Of a DNA stretch of 64,000 nt, positions 56,605 to 64,000 are shown one piece after another. Origin of the DNA: Candidatus Bathyarchaeota archaeon (GTDB taxonomy: Archaea; Thermoproteota; Bathyarchaeia; Bathyarchaeales; Bathycorpusculaceae); contig CAWHDT010000007.1 of the NCBI GenBank assembly GCA_963828195.1, forward strand, positions 32,001 through 96,000. Reading direction: 5' to 3'. Position numbers and translations under genes: made by a program. The notes below the pieces were generated by a model, which saw only the letters and a program-made list of their open reading frames with translations, was not told the origin of the DNA and did no database searches. Position 1 is the stretch's first letter, and every line of letters begins with the position of its first letter.

Positions 56605-57969
56605 CTACTTGAAAGTTGAAAGATACTCAATCTTCATTCCTCTACGAGGCAAATCCGGAAGGTCATCTATGGATCCGATGCTGGCGTCAATGTTCCGGTG
56701 AATTGGGTGGCTCCATTCGCCCTCAGGGGCAAGGTTAAACTGTAAAGGCACATCTGACCTAATCTTGTGCTTCTCGCTTAAATTTTTAATTAACTTTCCT
56801 TCTCTGCAAGCGGTTCGGGCTGAAGTGCAACTTTGAAGCAGCTGTGGAGAAGCAAAAGAGCCGACTGCATGCCAGACGGCGGCGTCCTCAGGCGAAGCCA
56901 TAGAGTACAGGAAAAACTGAGGCGAAGAGGGAGTTTCTTTAAAGCTGTAGTCTGCAAGTTTATCGCCCGTCACAGTAAAACTGTCCTCACATTCTGCTAC
57001 GGCTATGTCTTCGGGGTCCATCGCGTTGGGATAAAGCTTGGTTGTTTTGTATTTGACAGCAACATCGAGAAGTTTGCCGTCTTCAAAGTGCAGTTTACCT
57101 CGAGCTGCCCGTTTGGAGCCATAGCCTTTCTTTGAATGAGGCACCGTGAGCAGGGTGGTTCGTTTCGTCATGCTTCTGCCCATGCATGTGTACGCTTCCT
57201 CGATGGCTGAGTAGTCAAGGTGGCTTTCGCCGATGATGTAATGTATTAAGCCGTCTTTTTCCTCTGCCTGCAAGGTTGAGAGAGGCATGCGCAATGCGAA
57301 AAGTGAAAGGTTCATTCCGAAGAAATTCGAGAGCCCTTCAAGCTGGTTATACTTTATTAAATCACAAAAATCCAGGTACGAACCATTTGAGTTTCTAAGA
57401 CCCTCACTGATTAGTTCGGCCTCGCCTTTTGAAATCAAACTTCCATTATACTTCTTGACAAAAGCGTCATCAACTTTGAGTTGGCTTGAGTCCACGTTTG
57501 CCGCGGGAAAAGCGCTCTGGCCGCTTGCAATAATGGAGTGTTTGAGCGGGTTTATGGAGTATCGGTCTGCCTCTACATCGTCAGTGTTCAGAAGGAAAGG
57601 AACAATGTAGTCTTCAGGTGGCTTTTTCAATATCTCCAAGAGCTGAGAAATGTCGCTGATGTCTGGTTTATGTAAGCCGTATTTTTCGAAGTAGTTTCCG
57701 CAAGCTTCAAGCAGACGCGTGCCAATAATTCCCTGAACATCTTCGACGGTTAACTGAGGATTAGTGTATTCGACCGAGCCCCTTAAAAAAAACCTGTTAC
57801 CGTCAAATTGAACGTTCACTTTTTGACCGTTAACATAATGAAATAAAGTTACTTTTCTGGCACGTTTCTCTTCTTTGAAACTGTGCAGTTTTTCAACTAA
57901 GATTTTTATGCTTAACCAAGAGCTCTTAAGAAAATCTTCAAGCAAAATCTTGCAGTAATCTTCACTCAT
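56605..57969 (-). CDS. Conserved hypothetical protein (454 aa)
   Basis: Long ORF tightly packed between GNAT and HExxH genes; no motif recognised. Confidence 0.75.
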   Translation of the reverse strand: MSEDYCKILLEDFLKSSWLSIKILVEKLHSFKEEKRARKVTLFHYVNGQKVNVQFDGNRFFLRGSVEYTNPQLTVEDVQGIIGTRLLEACGNYFEKYGLHKPDISDISQLLEILKKPPEDYIVPFLLNTDDVEADRYSINPLKHSIIASGQSAFPAANVDSSQLKVDDAFVKKYNGSLISKGEAELISEGLRNSNGSYLDFCDLIKYNQLEGLSNFFGMNLSLFALRMPLSTLQAEEKDGLIHYIIGESHLDYSAIEEAYTCMGRSMTKRTTLLTVPHSKKGYGSKRAARGKLHFEDGKLLDVAVKYKTTKLYPNAMDPEDIAVAECEDSFTVTGDKLADYSFKETPSSPQFFLYSMASPEDAAVWHAVGSFASPQLLQSCTSARTACREGKLIKNLSEKHKIRSDVPLQFNLAPEGEWSHPIHRNIDASIGSIDDLPDLPRRGMKIEYLSTFK

Positions 57970-57972
57970 AAA

Positions 57973-58812
57973 TTATCCTCTTTCTAAAGATTCAGCCATA
58001 CATACACAATTTTTTGAGACCGATTGACCTAGAAACATTCTGGACACACAAAAATCTTCCCTAAAACCAACGTCAAAAAGCATGTTCGATAGAGCGGTTT
58101 CTTTTTTTGGCAGAGCCGCATAAACGCTTAAACCCCCTAATTTTTCAAGCACTCCCTTAAGAAGAGAAACCGCTTCCTCATAGTGACCCGCCTGACACAT
58201 GAGAGGCCCAACCCACGCCATTTTCTCGTAAACCGTAGCAGCCACATACCCAACAATTTCCTTCTCACGCATTTGAAAGTTGCATAAATTTCCTTTTTCA
58301 AGAATGATGGATTCGAGAAGTTTTTTCCTGTCACCGCCAAAGCAACAGCGATCAAACTCTTCAATTTCCCTGATTTTTTGTGCCCCGATTTTCGGTAGAG
58401 TTTGAGCGGTCAAGGATTTAAGGGCATCAGTGCTAAGCACAGAACAATCTTCATCATATTTAAAACCCAAGCTGCTGTAGAAGCCAATCAGGTTTGGGTA
58501 AGCGTAGAGACCGATAGTTTCGACGCCTTTGCTTTGCAAATAGTTAACAGAGTGCTTTACGAGGAGTTTTCCAACGCCTTTGCCTCGGTATTTTTCTTTA
58601 ACTATCAAGTTGCCGAACCAGCCTACCTTGCCGAAACTGATGCTTGTGGCTATGCCTAAACGTTCAGTCCCTTGGAAAACAACAAAACAACCCTCGGGCT
58701 CAAGCGAAACCATAAACTCAAAATCTTCCTCAGCCATGTTCCAGTTCATTGTGTTGGCTAATTTAGTTGCAAACAGAAAATCGCCAGCCTGCATCGGTTT
58801 TACTTGAAACAT
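57973..58812 (-). CDS. Tandem GNAT acetyltransferase (YitH-like)
   Basis: WFGNLIV...YRGKGVG..L, L.A......FY..LGF, second domain with GPL. Confidence 0.88.
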   Translation of the reverse strand: MFQVKPMQAGDFLFATKLANTMNWNMAEEDFEFMVSLEPEGCFVVFQGTERLGIATSISFGKVGWFGNLIVKEKYRGKGVGKLLVKHSVNYLQSKGVETIGLYAYPNLIGFYSSLGFKYDEDCSVLSTDALKSLTAQTLPKIGAQKIREIEEFDRCCFGGDRKKLLESIILEKGNLCNFQMREKEIVGYVAATVYEKMAWVGPLMCQAGHYEEAVSLLKGVLEKLGGLSVYAALPKKETALSNMLFDVGFREDFCVSRMFLGQSVSKNCVCMAESLERG

Positions 58813-58958
58813 AAAAATACTTTGTAACCTCGGGGAATTAAGCATTTGATGGGCAGCAAAACTAAGTCACATTTTTTCCGATACCTATAATAAATTAGAA
58901 GCGGTTTTTTATACCAAGAATAATTCATTTTTATTTCGCCGCGCCGGAGAAACTGTTT

Positions 58959-59735
58959 TTGCAGGATAAAAGAAAGTTTAGAACAAGAGCATCCATTCTT
59001 GTTGTTATTTGGGTTATTTTGCTAGTGTTATCTTTGCTTTTGCTGTCGATTCTGTTTTCGCTGTTTGCCAGTAACCCTGAAAGCGAAAGCATTTCAAGCT
59101 TAAGTTGGGCTGGCTACATCACCACGAAAAACGCTAACCCCCAGTTCGAGGTCGTGGGCATATCATCTTCATGGACTGTTCCCACACTTAACGATACGGC
59201 GGCTACAGGGTATTCTTCTGCTTGGATTGGAATTGGAGGTCAACTGGACAAAACCTTGATTCAGGCTGGAACCGAGCAGGATGTGGTAAACGGGCAGGAG
59301 AACTACTATGCGTGGTACGAGTTACTTCCAAGTTTTGCTATTCAATTAAGAACCTTAACAGTTTCCCCAGGGGATACAATAGTTGCATCGATAAATCTGG
59401 TTAATCCAGGCACAAACCAGTGGAGCATACAAATAAGTGACACTACAACGGGACAAACCTTTGGCAGAGACGTCCTTTACAATTCCACCCGCTCCTCTGG
59501 AGAATGGATAGTGGAGAGACCGACAATAAACGGTCAAGTCAGCCAGTTATCTAACTTCGGAAACACTACTTTTTCAAATTGCCGAATAGACGTAAGCAAC
59601 ATCACTGGTTCAATAACGAAGTTCCCGTTTTCTAAAATAGAGATGGCAGACAGCCAAAGTGCCCCGTTAACCTCAGTCTCAAATCTCAGCCCTGACGGAT
59701 CAAGCTTCACCGTCAGTTATCTAGCAAACAAGTAA
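58959..59735 (+). CDS. Membrane-anchored G1-family glutamic peptidase (eqolisin)
   Basis: SWAGY, SAWIGIGG, LIQAGT (catalytic Gln), YAWYE.LP, EWIVERP (catalytic Glu). Confidence 0.9.
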   Translation: MQDKRKFRTRASILVVIWVILLVLSLLLLSILFSLFASNPESESISSLSWAGYITTKNANPQFEVVGISSSWTVPTLNDTAATGYSSAWIGIGGQLDKTLIQAGTEQDVVNGQENYYAWYELLPSFAIQLRTLTVSPGDTIVASINLVNPGTNQWSIQISDTTTGQTFGRDVLYNSTRSSGEWIVERPTINGQVSQLSNFGNTTFSNCRIDVSNITGSITKFPFSKIEMADSQSAPLTSVSNLSPDGSSFTVSYLANK

Positions 59736-59746
59736 AAAAGGGGTAA

Positions 59747-60278
59747 TTATTGCTCGGTTGATATGGCTGCTGAAAGAGCCTCTGAACTCTTCTGAATTTC
59801 CTTTGTTATATTTGAGAGGAGTTTTATGCGGTTTTCCAACTTACGTTTTTGTTGGCTGGTTAAGTTTTTGAATTGGGGCATTACGTCTCCTATAACAGCG
59901 GTCATTAGGTCGCGGTTTTTTTCTTCGCTTAAATCTTTTAGTTCAAGGTGGTCGTCTTCAAAAAATAGTACTAGGTGCCCTGTTGGATCTATATGTGCTT
60001 GAACTACATCGCTAAGTTGCGATGGCAACGCAGATGGGTTCACAGTTATCGATGAAGCTAGGGGCTTCATGAGTTTAAGCAGAGACGAAAAAAATTGTGT
60101 TACCAGTATTTTTTCTTCAGAACTTAACTCGCTTATTTGCCCAATGTCGTCGGCTGTGCTTTTTAGTGAATCGACTAGTTCTTGAATGGATACCTGTTTT
60201 TTCCCTCTCTGATTGTTTAAGGTCCTGCGAAGCTAAGATTGCTGCGGGTGCTTGTTTAATTACTGCTTCTTGAGTCAA
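59747..60278 (-). pseudogene. Hypothetical protein with a frameshift at an A6 run (60197-60202), real or assembly error
   Basis: TTG 60278 gives MTQEAVIKQ...SEREK; removing one A joins it to QVSIQELVDSLKSTADDIGQISEL...MKPLA (ORF 59747-60070). Confidence 0.6.
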
Positions 60279-60480
60279 TTTTGATCAAATAGTGAATAGC
60301 GTTTGCTAAACAGAAAAGGGCTTGTATGTCTCTGTGGCTATGCACAAAATTTTAGGTGACCAAAAGTGATAAAATACGCAGGGTCAAGACTTGCGCGATA
60401 TGTAGTGTGTATATTGAGTAGTGCTACGCACTATTTATCTACTCGATTCTGAACCCAATGTACTCCAGAGACGGCGCCGA

Positions 60481-61506
60481 ATGAGTTATGGACATCAAGG
60501 TATAAAAGAAAAATCTGACCCAAGCAGAGTTCATGAGATTTCATCCCTAAAAGAAGACAAATTCAAGGTAACAGTCTCGTTAGATAAAGAGCGCCCCATG
60601 TCCAAATCACCCTTATACGAAAAATACAACATACAAAGATACGACCTTCACCCAAACTTCAGCTTCGCACACCTTGACGAAATGATACCCAAAGGAACCC
60701 CAGAGTATTTAGACCATGGATTTAACTACGTTGAACGCATTGTCCGCGCACTCTACTATTTCAAGCAGTGCAGCTTAATCGGACCCTCAGGAACAGGCAA
60801 AACCCACATCGTCTACCTGGTAGCTGAACTCACAGGCTTACCAATCTGGGAAGTCAACTGCGGCTTATCAACATCTTCATTTGACCTGATTGGGCGATTC
60901 ATCGGACTGGGCAAAGAAAACTGGGTAGACGGCTTGTTGACGCAGTGGCTAAGAAAAGGCGGCATCATGTATCTCGACGAAGCAAACATGATGAAGCAGG
61001 ATGTCGCGACAAGGTTAAACCCAGTTTTAGACACAAGAGGCCACCTAGTGCTAAACGAAAAGGACAGCGAGGTAATCGAACGCCACAAATACGGTTACAT
61101 GATCATCAGCATGAACCCCGCCACAGCTGAATTCTCAGGAACAAAACCGTTAAACGCTGCAATGAGGCGACGCATGGCTGTGTGGATAAACTTTGATTTC
61201 TTAAGCGTGGGGGAAACCATTTCACCCGACGAAGTAGATATGCTGCGTAAAAGAACAAAGGTGGATCAGGATACTGCTTATAAAATCATTCAAGCCGGTG
61301 CCGAGTTAAGAAGGCAATACAAAGTAGGCGACTTGCCTTATGGACCCTCGTTGGGCGACTTAATCAACTGGGCAACGTTAGTTAAAGATGGAAATACCCC
61401 TATGGGCGCAGCTGAAGAAACCATAATCGGGTTAACCAGCGACAACGTTGAAGTTCAAGCAGATGTAAGAAGGATTCTGGAAGCAGTTTTTAATAAATCG
61501 CAATAA
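60481..61506 (+). CDS. MoxR-clade AAA+ ATPase (CbbQ/NirQ/NorQ/GvpN type)
   Basis: GPSGTGKT, DLIGR, W.DG.L, YLDEAN, SMNP..., LN.A.RRR. Confidence 0.9.
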   Translation: MSYGHQGIKEKSDPSRVHEISSLKEDKFKVTVSLDKERPMSKSPLYEKYNIQRYDLHPNFSFAHLDEMIPKGTPEYLDHGFNYVERIVRALYYFKQCSLIGPSGTGKTHIVYLVAELTGLPIWEVNCGLSTSSFDLIGRFIGLGKENWVDGLLTQWLRKGGIMYLDEANMMKQDVATRLNPVLDTRGHLVLNEKDSEVIERHKYGYMIISMNPATAEFSGTKPLNAAMRRRMAVWINFDFLSVGETISPDEVDMLRKRTKVDQDTAYKIIQAGAELRRQYKVGDLPYGPSLGDLINWATLVKDGNTPMGAAEETIIGLTSDNVEVQADVRRILEAVFNKSQ

Positions 61507-61507
61507 T

Positions 61508-63241
61508 TTGGAGTTATTGCATTTGGGATTTATTGATTACGCCTGGGCGGTTTCACTTCAAAAAGACAACACGAAAGTAAAAATACTTCAGGATCCCGCC
61601 TTGATTCAGCCTACGCTGCAAAGTGACGATTTCGGGTTCACTATTAAGTTCCCGACCGTTCAAATGCTTGAAGACGGAAATGTTTCGTTTCTCGGGCACA
61701 AATTTTCCTCGAACAATGAAGGCAAATCCAAAATTGGACGCTTATTCAGGGCATCCGTTTTGCACTTAACAACTCACACTTTGGAGCCTTTTCAAAAAGA
61801 AAAAATTGTTCCTAAAGCGTCGGACACTGTAGTTGAGGCATTTGCAAAGTCGCTGATTAATGACACATACATCAACGCTTACATTCAAACGTGGTTTTCT
61901 GACAGATTTCTTGATCTTGCATATGCCAATGCGTTGGCTTACCAGAAAATAAAATCTTCAGAGAGAATCTTCACCGTCTCCACAAAGCTCATGGCGGCTT
62001 TACTTACAAAACTTAACACAGGGTTAATCAAAAATTCTCCAGGAGAAGAGGAAGAGCGAGTAGTAAACGAATTATTCAATGACTTAACGGGTTTAAAAAA
62101 AACTTTTTTAGCGTCAATGAAGGACGACAAGATTAATCTGGAAAATTTATTTGACGAAAAAATTAAAGATATAAAATCTCAACTTGAGCCTTTTGGCCCA
62201 TTTTTGGAGACGCCTTCACTGCGGCACACCGAAAGCAACGGAAGCTGCAGCATTTACAGTCCAGCAGAAACCTCGGAGGATGTTGATTTGGAAAGCGTGT
62301 TCAAGCAATCTCTCCTGAGTTTAGGAGGCACCTTCCCTGCTGTAGAAAACATGGAGCAATGCTGGAGCATGGAACAGGAAGCGGAGGCACTGCAAGCTTT
62401 TAATTCTGACAATTACCAGAAACTGCGGGAAGAAAAAATACTTTCAAAAATCAGTCCCCATGTAACTTTAACCAGATTTAAATCGGTCTCTTTTCCAGAG
62501 GAAGATTACACACAATATTTAAGGGCTAGAAACTTGGTTCAGGGAGCAAGCCGACGACTTCTAGACATTCTCAGGTCAGCCTTTAACTATCTTGATGAGG
62601 ATCCAAGGCAAGAAATGGGTCAATTGGATTTGCCTTCGGTAATTCAATCCTTGGCAAGTAACAAGCCAGCGACCGACGTGTTTGTTTTGGATGAGTATCT
62701 TAAGCCAAATTTCGCTTGGTCCATCATTTTTGATGTAAGCAACAGTATGCAGGTGAAAGGCGAATATGGCCGCGCCTTAGCCATAGCTGTGGCGGAGGCA
62801 GCTAAAGAGTTGATGATGGATGCAACATCTTGGACTTTCTTTGCTTTCAGCGACAAACTCTACATTCTTAAAGACAGCACGGAATCCTACTCAAAGAAGG
62901 TTCGAGGCAGAATCGGCGGCTTAAAATTTGAGGGACTCACCTTCATCCCCGATGCCGTTCAGATAGCTGGAAAAATGCTTGCAAAAAGGTTTGAAGAACA
63001 ACGCTGCTTAATAGTTATCTCCGACGGCTGGCCCTATGGATACCCTGACATGCCAACAGCCCTAAAAAACTGTGTCAATGATTTGATACGGAAAGGAGTC
63101 ATAGTTATAGGGGTTGGCGTGGATACAAAAAGGATGGATAATTTCTTTCACCTACATGCCTCAGTTTACACTCAGAAAGACCTCGTGAACAAATTCGGGT
63201 CAATCTACGCTAACGCCTCCGCAAAAGCTCTTGAAACATAA
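61508..63241 (+). CDS. vWA-domain adaptor (CbbO/NorD-like)
   Basis: G.LD...V, MIDAS DVSNS, T, ISDG.P; 1 nt after the ATPase stop. Confidence 0.85.
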   Translation: MELLHLGFIDYAWAVSLQKDNTKVKILQDPALIQPTLQSDDFGFTIKFPTVQMLEDGNVSFLGHKFSSNNEGKSKIGRLFRASVLHLTTHTLEPFQKEKIVPKASDTVVEAFAKSLINDTYINAYIQTWFSDRFLDLAYANALAYQKIKSSERIFTVSTKLMAALLTKLNTGLIKNSPGEEEERVVNELFNDLTGLKKTFLASMKDDKINLENLFDEKIKDIKSQLEPFGPFLETPSLRHTESNGSCSIYSPAETSEDVDLESVFKQSLLSLGGTFPAVENMEQCWSMEQEAEALQAFNSDNYQKLREEKILSKISPHVTLTRFKSVSFPEEDYTQYLRARNLVQGASRRLLDILRSAFNYLDEDPRQEMGQLDLPSVIQSLASNKPATDVFVLDEYLKPNFAWSIIFDVSNSMQVKGEYGRALAIAVAEAAKELMMDATSWTFFAFSDKLYILKDSTESYSKKVRGRIGGLKFEGLTFIPDAVQIAGKMLAKRFEEQRCLIVISDGWPYGYPDMPTALKNCVNDLIRKGVIVIGVGVDTKRMDNFFHLHASVYTQKDLVNKFGSIYANASAKALET

Positions 63242-63545
63242 ACTAAACATCGAGAAACGTCAGCGCTTGTTAGGCTATTTGCGTTTGGATTTTGGCACAA
63301 ATAGTAGAGCTCCTCTATCGGTAGCGACATTGCTTCAGCGGAAAAGGTGGAATAAAATGGCGGAATTGATTTCGGATGATAAGTTAGACTTTTGAATTGG
63401 CAGTATAATTGATATTTGTTCTTATGCAGCGATAAAATTTAGTGCTTGCATAACATTTGTTGGTTTCAACGTGTGACAACAACATTTTATATTCTTTCGA
63501 ATTGTAGGTGGTAACAAGAGGAAGCTAAGAGCCAGCGATTGCTTA

Positions 63546-63613
63546 AGCGGGTTCCGCTGCTGATATGCGATAAAGTGTTGCCCGTTGCTTTTTACACTTT
63601 GTCGGTGTCAGCA
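63546..63613 (+). ncRNA. Candidate structured RNA (short hairpin + 19-bp stem with two U-G pairs)
   Basis: AGCGG/CCGCT, then TGCTGATA-TG-CGATAAAGTGT paired with ACACTTTGTCG-G-TGTCAGCA, in a 500-nt intergenic gap. Confidence 0.3.
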
Positions 63614-63741
63614 CTTGGCCGAGTCCGCCTAACCCCAAATTTTCGCCCCCCCAAAAAATGCATATGCTGACTGCACAAGATGAGTTGGAAAGTAGAGACA
63701 ATACGTTGTCTTTCCTTTTTAAATTAAACGTTTTTAACTTC

Positions 63742-64000
63742 TTATCGCTTGAGAGGTAGCCGTATAATGAACGTGGTTCCTTTGCCTTCTTGACTCTCGA
63801 AAGAAACTGTGCCGCCTAACGATTCAGTCATCCGCTTAATTACCACTAACCCGAAGCCTTGACCCTTCGATTTTGTAGTGAACATAGGTGTAAACAATTT
63901 GTCTTTTACTGCTTCAGGAATGCCCACGCCAGTATCTTTGACGGTTAAAAGGACGTCGTTTGACTCTGTGTAAGCATGTAGGGTTAGTTTTCCGCCTTTG
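63742..64000 (-). CDS. Sensor histidine kinase, HATPase_c C-terminus (5' part outside window)
   Basis: GGKLTL...LTVKDTGVGIP, LF.PMFTTK.KGQGFGL, GKGTTF.I.LP. Confidence 0.92.
   Translation of the reverse strand, partial: KGGKLTLHAYTESNDVLLTVKDTGVGIPEAVKDKLFTPMFTTKSKGQGFGLVVIKRMTESLGGTVSFESQEGKGTTFIIRLPLKR

Overview
Archaeal chromosomal window, about 42% GC by eye. Archaeal markers include A-type ATP synthase, pantoate kinase, archaeal CoaD and IleRS, a PEF-CTERM sorting signal and BRE/TATA promoters. Gene repertoire suggests Bathyarchaeia (inference). I found no rRNA, tRNA, CRISPR array or intact mobile element. In order, the window holds: sdhA(partial)/sdhB and citrate synthase; a PRTase-hydrolase pair; a four-gene tubulin/FtsZ-superfamily locus; an RHH-CblS-like fusion; an ECF-S/pantoate kinase/coaD operon; HIT and a core methionine synthase; NfeD-stomatin and HtrA; a Met/Gly/Cys-rich putative metal-response cluster; a complete A1Ao ATP synthase set with atpI inverted and a USP inserted; NikR with a metal ABC transporter and two operators; a heme-copper oxidase operon with four cupredoxins and tatAC; metYXW with an HTH-CBS regulator; ileS; several accessory genes; a CbbQ/NorQ-vWA pair; and a partial histidine kinase. 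The best candidate for a new system is the locus at 4702-12014. It encodes an intact-motif tubulin-like GTPase with a very large coiled-coil insert, a catalytically degenerate tubulin paralog, a multi-TM coiled-coil protein and a surface protein that lies in frame with the GTPase across one TGA. Three genes appear to start at non-canonical codons (ACG, AGG, TTA). Frameshifts in the window mean assembly error cannot be excluded for single-base observations.
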